Shown: piece after piece, positions 29,160-39,091 of the stretch | Numbering within the stretch: the stretch's first letter is position 1 | How the letters are laid out: each line of letters starts with the position of its first letter | DNA from: an uncultured Candidatus Saccharibacteria bacterium | GTDB lineage: Bacteria > Patescibacteriota > Doudnabacteria > UBA920 > 2-01-FULL-46-14 | Direction of reading: 5' to 3' | NCBI GenBank assembly: GCA_964360335.1 | Contig: CAYHVH010000002.1 | Coordinates: forward strand, 804-64,803 | Length of the DNA stretch: 64,000 nt | Program-made: the position numbers and the translations under genes | Notes under the pieces: generated by a model | Seen by the model: the letters and a program-made list of their open reading frames with translations, nothing else | Database searches by the model: none | Told to the model about the DNA's origin: nothing

Positions 29160-29813
29160 ATGAAAGGCAAACTTATCGTCATAGACGGTACTGACGGTTC
29201 GGGCAAAGCTACCCAGACAACCACGCTCATTAAAAATTTAAAAAAGGCAGGATATAGAGTTGCCCGGATTGATTTCCCTCGATATGGGCGAAAATCAGCG
29301 GCCCTAGTTGAAGCTTATCTCAAAGGAGAACTGGGTTCGGCCAGAAAGCTAGGGCCCTATATTCCTTCCCTCTTCTACGCGGTTGATCGGTTTGCTGCAA
29401 GCCACGAAATACGCACTAAACTGCAAAAAGGACAAATCGTAATCGCCAACCGCTATGTCGCGGCTAACCTGGCCCACCAGGGCGGTAAAATCGACGATAA
29501 AAGGGCGAGGATGGCCTATTATGAGTGGGTTTTGAACCTCGAATATGGCTTGATGAAGCTACCTCATCCAGCTTTGAACATTATCCTCTATCTGCCAGCT
29601 GAAGTCGCCTTGGGTCTTGTGGAAAAACGCGGTAACAAAAAAGATATCCACGAAAAAGACCTAGCCCACCTGCGAGCCGCAGAAAAAACTTACCTTGAGA
29701 TTGCGGAAAAGTTCGGCTTTCCTGTAATCAAGTGTTATCAAAATGGCGGGCTCTTGAGTCGGGCAAAAGTCGCAGAGTTAGTTTGGAAAAAAGTTAAGCA
29801 GGTCCTGCGATGA
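29160..29813 (+). CDS. tmk: Thymidylate kinase
   Basis: [23 protein letters not shown]...HQG. Confidence 0.92.
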   Translation: MKGKLIVIDGTDGSGKATQTTTLIKNLKKAGYRVARIDFPRYGRKSAALVEAYLKGELGSARKLGPYIPSLFYAVDRFAASHEIRTKLQKGQIVIANRYVAANLAHQGGKIDDKRARMAYYEWVLNLEYGLMKLPHPALNIILYLPAEVALGLVEKRGNKKDIHEKDLAHLRAAEKTYLEIAEKFGFPVIKCYQNGGLLSRAKVAELVWKKVKQVLR

Positions 29814-30739
29814 AACAATATCTTCAGCTTCTCGACAATGTTCTGAAAGAGGGGAGAGACCGTCCGGACCGCACGGACGTGGGAACGCGCGGGATTTTTG
29901 GCTACCAGATGCGCTTTGATCTCGAGAAAGGATTCCCGCTTTTAACAACCAAGAAAGTCAATATCAAGGCGGTTATCTACGAGTTGCTGTGGTTTTTGCG
30001 CGGGGACACAAACATCAAGTTTTTAGTCGATAACGACGTGAAGATCTGGAACGAATGGGGCTTCCAAGTTTATTTGGAAGAAAACGGTCTTCACAAACGG
30101 TACCCGATGTATTCGGAAGCCTGGAAGGAAAAATTGGAAGAATTTGTGCAGAATGTCAAAGACGATCGCGAGTTTGCGGCTAAATGGGGAGAGCTCGGGC
30201 CGGTTTACGGCAAGCAGTGGGTGAGATGGTTGGGTCCGGATGGCCAGGAAATCAACCAAATTCAAAATGTGGTGGAGATGATTAAAAAAGACCCATATTC
30301 CCGTCGGATTATTGTCAGCGGCTGGAATGTTGGCGAAATCCAGGGCTTGATTAAGCAAAAACATGCGGCACCCCCATCTTGCCACACGATTTTTCAATTC
30401 TACGTCGTGGACGGAAAACTATCCTGCCAACTTTATCAGCGAAGCGCTGACCTTTTTTTGGGCGTACCTTTTAATCTGGCGTCCTATTCACTTTTAACGA
30501 TGATGATGGCCCAGGTTTGTGGCCTTAAACCCGGCGAGTTTGTCCACACTTTCGGCGATGTCCATATTTACCAGAATCACTTTGAGCAAGTGAAATTACA
30601 GCTCTCCCGCGAGCCACGGCCCCTGCCGACGATGAAGATTAATCCGAAGGTTAAGGACATTTTTAGCTTTAAATACGAGGATTTTACCTTGGAGAATTAT
30701 AATCCTCATCCGGGAATCAAAGCGCCAATAGCCGTATGA
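29810..30739 (+). CDS. thyA: Thymidylate synthase
   Basis: [38 protein letters not shown]. Confidence 0.97.
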   Translation: MKQYLQLLDNVLKEGRDRPDRTDVGTRGIFGYQMRFDLEKGFPLLTTKKVNIKAVIYELLWFLRGDTNIKFLVDNDVKIWNEWGFQVYLEENGLHKRYPMYSEAWKEKLEEFVQNVKDDREFAAKWGELGPVYGKQWVRWLGPDGQEINQIQNVVEMIKKDPYSRRIIVSGWNVGEIQGLIKQKHAAPPSCHTIFQFYVVDGKLSCQLYQRSADLFLGVPFNLASYSLLTMMMAQVCGLKPGEFVHTFGDVHIYQNHFEQVKLQLSREPRPLPTMKINPKVKDIFSFKYEDFTLENYNPHPGIKAPIAV

Positions 30740-31218
30740 AAATCACACTTATCGCGGCGGTAGCCAAAAACGGGGTGATTGGCAAAGAAAACGACCTACC
30801 GTGGTATTTGCCAGAAGATCTGAGGCATTTTAAAGCCCTGACGACCGGCAAAACCGTACTAATGGGCCGGAAGACTTTAGAATCCATATTGAGACGCAAC
30901 GGCAAGCCCTTGCCAAATCGTAAAAGTGTAGTCGTTACAAGAGATCAGAACTTTCAAGCACCGGAAGACGTGGTTGTTTTTCACAGTTTGGAAGAAGCTC
31001 TGAAAAACTTGAAAGACGAAGATGTCTTCATCATCGGCGGCGGGGAGGTATTTCGCCAAACCATAACCCTGGCCGACGCCCTGGAAATCACTCGCGTCGA
31101 TCGAGAAATCGCCGGTGATGTATTTTTTCCAAAAATCGACGAGGCGAAGTGGCGAAAAATCAAGGAAGTGACGCATCAGGGTTTCTCTTTCGCGACCTAC
31201 GAGCGGGTCAAGCATTAA
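30736..31218 (+). CDS. folA: Dihydrofolate reductase
   Basis: [31 protein letters not shown]. Confidence 0.96.
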   Translation: MKITLIAAVAKNGVIGKENDLPWYLPEDLRHFKALTTGKTVLMGRKTLESILRRNGKPLPNRKSVVVTRDQNFQAPEDVVVFHSLEEALKNLKDEDVFIIGGGEVFRQTITLADALEITRVDREIAGDVFFPKIDEAKWRKIKEVTHQGFSFATYERVKH

Positions 31219-31249
31219 CAAGTTCTTTTTTTTCTGCTATCATATTTCT

Positions 31250-32351
31250 ATGAATGAAATCAATCTGCTGGACCGGGTTAGAGAACTAAAGTCGGCTATC
31301 GACTCGTTGCGGAGGCATCTTTGAGCTACCCCAGAAAAAGCAGAAGATTCTGGAGCTCGAGGAGCAAATGCAGCAACCTGATTTCTGGTCCGACCAGAAA
31401 TCCGCGCAAGAGGCAGCAAAAAATCTTAGCACTCTGAAAAACCAAGTGGCATTCTGGAACCAATTGGAAGTGGATATCGAGGAGCTTCTAAATTTGGCAA
31501 AACTCGCGACCCAGGAAAGCGACCGAACCTTAGAGCAGGAACTGGAGAAGAAATATCGGGAAGTTCTTCGAAAATACGAGTCCACCAGAATCACCACTTT
31601 TTTTAGTGAGAAGTACGATGATCATAACGCAATTGTTTCCATCCATGCGGGCGCCGGCGGACTAGATGCCCAGGATTGGGCGGAAATGCTCTTGCGAATG
31701 TATCTTAGATTTTGCGAAAAAAAACAGTTCCAAACAGAAATGTTCGACCAAAACCGCAATCCCGAGGGAGGAATAAAAAGCGCCACATTTGAGGTGCGCG
31801 GCAATTACGCCTACGGCTTTTTCAAAAGCGAAGCAGGCGTGCACCGTCTGGTTCGGCTTTCGGCGTTCAATCCCGCCCATACCCGCGAAACGTCTTTTGC
31901 GCTTCTTGAAGTTTTACCGGTCTTGGAGGCGAAGGAGGAGCTCGAATTGAACCCGAAGGATCTGAAAATTGAAGCGAAAACTTCGCGCGGTCATGGCGGG
32001 CAATCAGTGAATACCACCTATTCTGCAGTCCGCATCACCCACCTCCCGACCGGGATAACGGTTTCCATTCAAAACGAGCGCAGCCAAACGCAGAACAAAG
32101 CCCGAGCGCTGCAAGTTCTTACGGCCAAGGTTAAGGCCCGGGAGGAGGAACGGAAACTGCAGGAAAAGCTAAAATTACGAGGCGAATTTAAAAGCGCGGA
32201 ATGGGGGAACCAAATCAGAAGTTACGTTTTGCATCCCTATAAGCTGGTGAAAGATCACCGAACCGGCTACGAAAGCGCCGACGTCGACGGCGTTCTGAAT
32301 GGGGAACTGGACCCCTTCATTGAAAAATACCTCGAAAGACAGAAAAATTAA
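31250..32351 (+). CDS. prfB: Peptide chain release factor 2 with programmed +1 frameshift
   Basis: 24-codon first frame from ATG 31250; internal SD GGAGG, then CTT TGA (31319-31324); the +1 frame continues into the GGQ-containing ORF. Confidence 0.95.
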
Positions 32352-32386
32352 AACATCTCCGAGTTTTGAACATTGATTTTCTGGCT

Positions 32387-33067
32387 ATGATAAAGTTTGA
32401 CCATGTCACTAAATCCTACTCCAACCAAGTAGTTGCCCTGCACGACTTGGATTTTGAAATCCAAAGCGGGGAGTTCATTTCCATTGTGGGACGCTCGGGT
32501 GCCGGAAAAAGCACCCTGCTGCGCTTGATTATCCGAGAAGAATATCCCACGTCTGGCGTTGTCCTTATCGAAGGAACTGACATCGCCGGCATTAGATCGC
32601 AGGATATTCCTTACCTGCGGCGCAAAATCGGCGTCGTCTTTCAAGACATCAAGCTGCTTCCTTCTCGGACAGCGTTTGAAAATGTGTCCTTCGCCATGGA
32701 AGTCGGCGGCGTACCTTGGTCGGAAATTGAAAACGAGGTGCCGGAAATCCTGGCGCTGGTTGGCCTGGCAGAAAAGGCCAGTGCTTTTCCCAGCGAACTT
32801 TCGGGAGGGGAAAAGCAAAGGGTGGCAATCGCTCGGGCCTTGGCCCACAAACCAGCTCTCTTATTGGCGGACGAGCCGACCGGCAATCTCGACGAGATCA
32901 ATGCCATGGAACTCCTGACTGTGCTCAGAAAAATCAACGAGTTCGGCACGACCGTGGTCCTGGCGACCCACGCCAAGGAGCTCGTCGACAAAATGAAGAA
33001 ACGAGTGATTGTTCTGGAACAGGGGGAGATCGTTTCCGACCAGCAACAGGGCAAATATCGCTTATGA
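32387..33067 (+). CDS. ftsE: Cell division ATP-binding protein FtsE
   Basis: GRSGAGKST, IPYLRRKIGVVFQD, LSGGEKQR, ADEPTGNLD; adjacent to ftsX. Confidence 0.9.
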   Translation: MIKFDHVTKSYSNQVVALHDLDFEIQSGEFISIVGRSGAGKSTLLRLIIREEYPTSGVVLIEGTDIAGIRSQDIPYLRRKIGVVFQDIKLLPSRTAFENVSFAMEVGGVPWSEIENEVPEILALVGLAEKASAFPSELSGGEKQRVAIARALAHKPALLLADEPTGNLDEINAMELLTVLRKINEFGTTVVLATHAKELVDKMKKRVIVLEQGEIVSDQQQGKYRL

Positions 33068-33078
33068 TTATTAATTTG

Positions 33079-33161
33079 GTCTTTGCGAGGAGTCCCGTCG
33101 GACGGAACGACGATGCAATCTCAAAGATTGCCGCGCCTCGTCGGACGAGGCTCGCAATGAC
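33079..33161. repeat. REP-like palindrome of the same family as 29086-29151
   Basis: GTCTTTGCGAG...GCAATCT..AGATTGC...CTCGCAATGAC. Confidence 0.8.
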
Positions 33162-33170
33162 AAAAAATAA

Positions 33171-34085
33171 GTGAATTCCGTAACTTTTGGCCGCATCCTG
33201 AATAACGGTTTCCTTAACTATTGGCGGAATTTTTGGCTGTCCGTGGCCGCTACCGCCATTATGGTCATTACCCTGTTTATTATCAGTAGTCTCTTGGTGC
33301 TTAATACCCTTGCGAACGTTTCCCTCGCTTCCATTCAGGAAAAGGTTGACATCGGCGTGTACTTCAAGCTCACAACAACAGAGCAGACTATCAAACAAAT
33401 CGAGCGGCAGTTGGAGCTTTTGGGGGAGGTTAAATCCATTGTCTACATTCCGCCCGTCGTGGCGCGGGAAAAGTTTAAGGAATTGCACAAGGATGAACCG
33501 CTGCTTCTAGAGTCAGTCGAGCAGTTTTCGGACGAAGAAAACCCTTTTCCGGCCTCTTTCGCCATCCGGGTGAGGAGCCTCGCCGATTATCCAACCATTA
33601 TCAATCTATTTCAGGGCGAAAAATTTACGCCCTTTGTCAAAAAGATTACCGACAAGCGCGCCGTGGTCGACCGCCTGAACAGGATCACGACCGGCATCAG
33701 GAAGTTAGGCTTTGGCCTAACCTCGGTCTTTGGGGTCATTACGCTTATTGTGATGTTCAATACTGTCCGTCTCACCATCTATAACCGCAGAGAGGAAATC
33801 GAGATTATGCGGCTAGTCGGCGCCTCGAACTGGTTCATCCGCGGGCCGTTCGTCATCGAAGGGATGCTCTACGGAATAGTGGGGGCGATTCTTACGGCCG
33901 TTTTGCTTTATCCCCTAATTTTCATCCTTACCCCAAAAATTTCCGGTTTTTTGGAGCTGGATCTCCTGACCTCAAATTATCTGGGGCTAAATTTTTGGGC
34001 CCTGTTCCTTCTGCAGTTGGCACTCGGCATCAGCTTGGGGACGATCTCCTCGGTCATCGTCATTCGCCGCTATCTGAGGATTTGA
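33171..34085 (+). CDS. ftsX: Cell division permease FtsX
   Basis: RN.WLSVA, NPFPASF, NTVRLTIYNRREEIEIMRLVGASNWFIRGPF. Confidence 0.92.
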   Translation: MNSVTFGRILNNGFLNYWRNFWLSVAATAIMVITLFIISSLLVLNTLANVSLASIQEKVDIGVYFKLTTTEQTIKQIERQLELLGEVKSIVYIPPVVAREKFKELHKDEPLLLESVEQFSDEENPFPASFAIRVRSLADYPTIINLFQGEKFTPFVKKITDKRAVVDRLNRITTGIRKLGFGLTSVFGVITLIVMFNTVRLTIYNRREEIEIMRLVGASNWFIRGPFVIEGMLYGIVGAILTAVLLYPLIFILTPKISGFLELDLLTSNYLGLNFWALFLLQLALGISLGTISSVIVIRRYLRI

Positions 34086-34089
34086 ACAG

Positions 34090-34539
34090 ATGAAGATTAT
34101 TTTACTGAAGGACATTAAGAACTTGGGGCGGCTAGGCGAAATTTTAGAGGTGAAAAGCGGCTACGCGAGGAATTTTTTGATTCCCCGCCACCTCGCCCGC
34201 CTGGCAGATCTCAAAAGCGTCGAGGAAATCGAGAAGCGCCGAGACCAGGAGAGATCTCAGGAGGCCAAAGCCCAAGCGCAGGCTGAGAAACTTGCAACGA
34301 GTCTTAAGTCTCGGACCTTTGGGACAGCGGCTGCGGCTGACGAGAAAGGCCACCTTTACGCGGGCTTGAAAGAGACTGCAATTCTCGCTAAGATTAGGGA
34401 GAGCGAACCGGGACTTCCGATCGAGACCAAACTTCTGGATTACGTGCCGATTAAAGAGTTGGGAAGTTATGTGCTGAAAGTTAGGATTCGACCGGGTGCC
34501 GAGGCCGTGGAAATAAACCTTCAGGTTACCAAAGCATAA
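34090..34539 (+). CDS. rplI: 50S ribosomal protein L9
   Basis: MKIILLKDIKNLG..G...VKSGYARNFLIP. Confidence 0.93.
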   Translation: MKIILLKDIKNLGRLGEILEVKSGYARNFLIPRHLARLADLKSVEEIEKRRDQERSQEAKAQAQAEKLATSLKSRTFGTAAAADEKGHLYAGLKETAILAKIRESEPGLPIETKLLDYVPIKELGSYVLKVRIRPGAEAVEINLQVTKA

Positions 34540-34543
34540 TTTG

Positions 34544-36214
34544 ATGGCAAAAAAAGCAAACATTTCCAAAGCCAAGCAGACGCGTTACCTCTTTGTCATC
34601 GGGGGCGTAATGTCATCTGTGGGCAAAGGAGTTACTACGGCTTCCATCGGCCGTATTTTAAAATCCAAGGGCTACAACGTCGCCATCGTGAAATGTGAGA
34701 TGTACATCAATATTGACGCCGGCACCATTCGGCCCACAGAACACGGAGAAGTCTTTGTGGGCTCAGACGGGATCGAAGCCGACCAAGATTTAGGGAACTA
34801 TGAACGCTTTACCGGGAATCTTTCGCAGTCAGAAAATTTTATCACGCAAGGCCAAATTTACTTGGAGGTCGTCCGCCGGGAACGCAATCTAGGTTACGGC
34901 GGGGAAGACGTAGAGGTCATTCCGGACATTCCCAACGAAATTATCCGCCGTCTGAAAGTCGTGGAGAAGAAACAAAGACCGGATTTTATCATCGTGGAAA
35001 TCGGCGGGACGGTGGGCGAGTATCAGGACTTGTTGTTTTTGGAGGCGGCTCGAATGATGCACCTCAAGTCGCCGGAATTGGTACAGTTTGTCCTGGTAAG
35101 CTATCTCCCGATCCCCAAGACTGTGGGAGAAATGAAGACGAAACCCACCCAGTATGCGACCCGGACTCTGAATTCGGCGGGCATCGAGCCAGACTTCATC
35201 GTTTGTCGCTCCGAACAACCCCTGGACCGGAAGCGCAAAGACAAACTCTCGGTACTGTGCAACGTCTCCCCCGACGACCTGATTTCCGCTCCCGACGCGG
35301 AATCGATTTACGAGGTACCGCTCCTTTTGGAAAAGGAAAACTTGGGCGAGAAAATCCTGCGCAAATTCGATTTGAAACCGCGCTCGCGTGACCTTCGGGA
35401 TTGGCGGCTCTTAGTGAAAAAAATCAAAAAAGCGCAAAAGCCCCTAGACATTGCGGTGGTTGGCAAATACTTCGCGACCGGCGATTATACCCTGGTTGAT
35501 TCCTACATTTCAGTGGTCGAGGCCTTGCGCCACGCCTGCTGGCAAAACAACCGCCGACCGCGCCTGCATTGGATTAACTCCGAGGACTTTGAACAAAATC
35601 CCCGGGAGGTCGAGAAACTCAAAACCATGGCCGGGATTTTAGTCCCTGGGGGGTTTGGGGGCAGGGGGGTGGAGGGCATCATCTTGGCCATCAAATACGC
35701 GCGCGAGAAAAAAATTCCCTACTTCGGTCTGTGCTATGGCATGCAACTGATGATGGTGGAGTTCGCCAGAAATATTTGCGGCTTCAGCGGAGCCCATACC
35801 ACCGAGGTGGACCGGAATACCAAATTTCCGGTAATTGACGTGATGGAAGAGCAAAAGAAAAACCTGGCCGATAAAAATTTCGGGGCGTCGATGAGGTTGG
35901 GGAACTATCCCTGCAAAATCAAAAAGGGAACGTTGGCCGCCGCCGCCTACCAGACTACCGGTCCGGTGCTGGAGCGGCACCGCCACCGCTACGAGGTGAA
36001 CAATAAGTTTCGGAAAAAAATGGAAGAAAAAGGCATGGTGTTTTCCGGGGTTTATGCCAAAAAGGACCTGGTGGAAATTGCGGAACTTGACAAAAAAAAG
36101 CACCCCTGGTACTTGGGGACGCAATTCCATCCGGAATTTGATTCTCGTCCTTGGAAGCCGCAAGCGCTGTTCGACGGCTTTATCAAAGCCTGCATTAGGC
36201 TACATTCACAATAG
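34544..36214 (+). CDS. pyrG: CTP synthase
   Basis: [49 protein letters not shown]. Confidence 0.97.
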   Translation: MAKKANISKAKQTRYLFVIGGVMSSVGKGVTTASIGRILKSKGYNVAIVKCEMYINIDAGTIRPTEHGEVFVGSDGIEADQDLGNYERFTGNLSQSENFITQGQIYLEVVRRERNLGYGGEDVEVIPDIPNEIIRRLKVVEKKQRPDFIIVEIGGTVGEYQDLLFLEAARMMHLKSPELVQFVLVSYLPIPKTVGEMKTKPTQYATRTLNSAGIEPDFIVCRSEQPLDRKRKDKLSVLCNVSPDDLISAPDAESIYEVPLLLEKENLGEKILRKFDLKPRSRDLRDWRLLVKKIKKAQKPLDIAVVGKYFATGDYTLVDSYISVVEALRHACWQNNRRPRLHWINSEDFEQNPREVEKLKTMAGILVPGGFGGRGVEGIILAIKYAREKKIPYFGLCYGMQLMMVEFARNICGFSGAHTTEVDRNTKFPVIDVMEEQKKNLADKNFGASMRLGNYPCKIKKGTLAAAAYQTTGPVLERHRHRYEVNNKFRKKMEEKGMVFSGVYAKKDLVEIAELDKKKHPWYLGTQFHPEFDSRPWKPQALFDGFIKACIRLHSQ

Positions 36215-36467
36215 TCCGCGGTTTTAGCCGGCCGTTAAAAGCCCGTTTAAGTTTTTTCTGAAACCTCACGACGCCGGTCTTGAGAGAATACAGCGTGTCG
36301 TCCTTGCCGAGCCGAACGTTTTTGCCGGGATGATATTTCGTTCCGCGCTGGCGGACGATGACGTTGCCGACTCGTACCGCTTGGCCGCCAAAAATTTTGA
36401 CTCCTAAACGCTTGGAGATGGAATCGCGTCCGAGACTAGTACTACCGCCCGCTTTTTTGTGAGCCAT
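36195..36467 (-). CDS. rpmA: 50S ribosomal protein L27
   Basis: [21 protein letters not shown]; 20-bp convergent overlap with pyrG. Confidence 0.97.
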   Translation of the reverse strand: MAHKKAGGSTSLGRDSISKRLGVKIFGGQAVRVGNVIVRQRGTKYHPGKNVRLGKDDTLYSLKTGVVRFQKKLKRAFNGRLKPRTIVNVA

Positions 36468-36582
36468 TCGACTTCGTTCTCCGCTTTGCTTCCAACTTCG
36501 CTCATGGTCTTCGTTCAGCTTGCGGCTGAACTTCGACCTCTAATTGAAGAAGTCGAATGTCCCGAGCGAAGTCGAGGGACTA
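36465..36582 (-). repeat. Structured repeat filling the methyltransferase-rpmA intergenic space
   Basis: Homologous to the rplK leader; supplies the upstream TAG and the rpmA ATG. Confidence 0.85.
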
Positions 36583-37866
36583 CATTAACTTGAAAATAAA
36601 AATTTCCCGACTGACAAATTGGTCCTTGCGATCGTAGATGATGCTGTTGCGCTCTGTGACTCCGAGGAAAGGGAAGCGTTCTCGTAAAACCGAGGGCAAC
36701 GGATCAACAGTAGTGTAGCCAAGTTTTAGAAGCTTGTCAACCACCGGGAAAAAACGATAATCCCGGTCCTGACGATAAGCCGGGAGCGCGACGACGATCC
36801 GCTTCCCGGGTTCCAAAATCTTGCCGAAAACCTTAAATGCAGAAAGATAAATCTTCTCCAAAACTCTGAAGTTCCCCTGAATGTCCTTTTCCGCCGGCGG
36901 CTCGCTATACGCCGGGCCCAAGGTCCCTTCTGTGACTATCGCTTGGTATGAAAGTTTTGGCAGATTCTTGGGTAAATCCTTAACGTCGCTTAAATAAAGT
37001 TCGAAACGGCCAAGGGGAAGTTTATAGCGGTTTTTAATCCAGGACAGATTTTTTTCGGCATTCTCAATTGCTTTTTCCGCCAGGTCGGCCCCTACACCTT
37101 TAAAACCCATAATCATCGCCTCCTGGAGGATCGTCCCCGAGCCGACAAAGGGATCCAGCACAGCCGCTTTGAGGTTCTGGGCGGCGCTCGCGGGGAGCTG
37201 GGCCAGGTTCAGCATCATCTGGGCAACTTTGGGCGGCAGGAGGCCGATACGGGTGTCCCGAGCCGGTCGCTGGTAGTCCCGCCGACCGTAGTCCTCAAAG
37301 TCCTGGACAGAAAGGGTCTTCGCCAAGTAAATTCGCTCAAAGCCCACCAGAAAATCCAGCTCCGCGCCATGATCAAGAAGATGCTCGTTGGTTACCGTGA
37401 CCGATGGCAAAGAAATTGCCTCCAGCTGCGGCAAAACTCCGCGGACCGAAAAACCGGCCGCGGTCAGGATGCGCTTGAGCATCAGACCGACTCTCTTGGC
37501 CTCGCCGTGCAAAGGTAACTGTTTGGCCATCGGGTAAAGGGAGATTCCGAGCTGAATCTTGCCGGTCAAGTTCCCCAAGATTTTTTCTTTCAGTAATTTG
37601 GCGTCAAAATAATCCTTAAAAACGGCTGACGGGCCAAATTGTTTCTTCCGACCGAGGGCATCCAGCACCGCCATAATCTTGATTGTCCCGCCCAGCCGCC
37701 TCTGAAGCTTGGGAATGTCTAAGCTTTGTTCAACCTCGATAATTAAAACCTCGCGATAAAAATCAACGAGGCGAAAGCTCAAACCCATGTTTTCAAACAC
37801 TGCGAACAGTTCCGCCAGTGACAAAGTAAAGACCCGACCGAGGTGGAAAGCGTATTTAAACTTCAT
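36580..37866 (-). CDS. SAM-dependent RNA methyltransferase (Trm11/TrmG10-like)
   Basis: RDYQRPARD..GLLPPKVAQMMLNL, VLDPFVGSGT, IVTEGTLG. Confidence 0.75.
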   Translation of the reverse strand: MKFKYAFHLGRVFTLSLAELFAVFENMGLSFRLVDFYREVLIIEVEQSLDIPKLQRRLGGTIKIMAVLDALGRKKQFGPSAVFKDYFDAKLLKEKILGNLTGKIQLGISLYPMAKQLPLHGEAKRVGLMLKRILTAAGFSVRGVLPQLEAISLPSVTVTNEHLLDHGAELDFLVGFERIYLAKTLSVQDFEDYGRRDYQRPARDTRIGLLPPKVAQMMLNLAQLPASAAQNLKAAVLDPFVGSGTILQEAMIMGFKGVGADLAEKAIENAEKNLSWIKNRYKLPLGRFELYLSDVKDLPKNLPKLSYQAIVTEGTLGPAYSEPPAEKDIQGNFRVLEKIYLSAFKVFGKILEPGKRIVVALPAYRQDRDYRFFPVVDKLLKLGYTTVDPLPSVLRERFPFLGVTERNSIIYDRKDQFVSREIFIFKLM

Positions 37867-38248
37867 GGCCGAGATAAAAAATCATGAACGCAATTTAGCT
37901 CTGCTTCTGGGCTACATTTTGGTGGCTGGCCTGTTTTTCAATCTTGGCCGATATGCCGGTTTGAGTAATCCTCCCCAAATTCGTATCGAGGAACCTGCCC
38001 TGAACACTTCACAATTAAATGATACTCTAAAACTTTTGCAGACGCAAACCGCAAAGACCGAAACAGGCGAGGTGGCGGGAGCCGCCACCGAGCTTAATTG
38101 CGAGGGAAAAATCAAAGGCAACATTTCCGCATCCGGAAAGATTTACCACCTCCCGGGCGGAGCGTTTTACAAACGGACTAATCCGGAACTGTGCTTTGGC
38201 ACCGAAGCTGAGGCCCAAACCGCCGGTTTTCGGAAAAGCCAGCGCTAG
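37865..38248 (+). CDS. Membrane-anchored protein with an Ada-metal-binding-like C-terminal domain
   Basis: One TM segment; CEGKIKGNIS..KIYHLPGG.FY......CF.TEAEA..AGFRKS. Confidence 0.7.
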   Translation: MAEIKNHERNLALLLGYILVAGLFFNLGRYAGLSNPPQIRIEEPALNTSQLNDTLKLLQTQTAKTETGEVAGAATELNCEGKIKGNISASGKIYHLPGGAFYKRTNPELCFGTEAEAQTAGFRKSQR

Positions 38249-38292
38249 GGTATAATCGAATTGAACTAAACCCGAATTTTCGAGGGGGAGCT

Positions 38293-39000
38293 ATGGTCAA
38301 GGAAGGCCGAGAAAACTTAAAAAAGGCAGAGGGATATCTAGCTCAAGGCTCAACTCTCCGCGAACAGGCAAGTCACGCAGCCGCTTTAAGTTTCCTCAAC
38401 GCGGCGATAGCACTGTTTGTCACCGGCAAGGACTACTCCGGGCTGATAAGTGCTTTGGGCAGTCGGTGTCTCACCTGGAAGCACCTCTTGCAGCTGACCG
38501 GAGACAGGGCCTATGCTGTTTTGGCAAAAAAAGACGCGGAGGCTTGTCTTGAGTTAACTCGAATGAAAGGGGTCAAAGCCCATCTTCATACCTCCCATTT
38601 TCGCGTCGCCGAGATACTCATATACTTCAAAGACTACAGCGGCGCGATCAAACACTACGAGCTTGCTTTGCGCCACTATCGCGGGACAAGGGCGGAAAAG
38701 GGAGATTTTCGCTACCACTTGGGAGAAGCCCTTTTTCGGAATGGTCAGGAGAATCTCGGCAAAGCCACGATCCTCAAGGGCCTAAAAGAAATCCAGGACA
38801 ACCGGCGGGAAGTCGGCTCGTTTCTCAGTCACGTTTGGGAGTCGGGCGCTCTAATGCGACTCACTGAACTGTTGTGGCCATCGGAGAGGCAGCTGGCGCG
38901 CGATTACCTTGCTCGAGCGCGGCAAATAATTTCCAGGGACCAAAGACTTGTAATGCGCAAAAAACAGTTGCGTTTATTAACTCAGAGGATTCTAAAATGA
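38293..39000 (+). CDS. TPR-like alpha-helical protein
   Basis: Helical repeats (AIKHYELAL, YHLGEAL); SD GGGGGAG. Confidence 0.7.
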   Translation: MVKEGRENLKKAEGYLAQGSTLREQASHAAALSFLNAAIALFVTGKDYSGLISALGSRCLTWKHLLQLTGDRAYAVLAKKDAEACLELTRMKGVKAHLHTSHFRVAEILIYFKDYSGAIKHYELALRHYRGTRAEKGDFRYHLGEALFRNGQENLGKATILKGLKEIQDNRREVGSFLSHVWESGALMRLTELLWPSERQLARDYLARARQIISRDQRLVMRKKQLRLLTQRILK

Positions 39001-39005
39001 AACCG

Positions 39006-39034
39006 GGCCTATCTCGCGCGAGATAGGCCTTTTT
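39006..39034 (+). terminator. Intrinsic terminator
   Basis: Perfect palindrome GGCCTATCTCGCGCGAGATAGGCC followed by T5. Confidence 0.7.
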
Positions 39035-39040
39035 GTTCCA

Positions 39041-39069
39041 TTGTCAACTCTTCTAAATTCCGGTAAAAT
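39041..39069 (+). promoter_or_regulatory. Sigma70 promoter upstream of the lipid genes and secA
   Basis: TTGTCA-17 bp-TAAAAT. Confidence 0.6.
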
Positions 39070-39091
39070 TCAGTTATTGTTTAGCTTCGGA

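Noticed and set aside
31250-32351. prfB pseudogene, or UGA recoding (code 25)
   Set aside because: The internal stop has the classic SD + CTT TGA frameshift signal; RF2 is present and many genes end in TGA.
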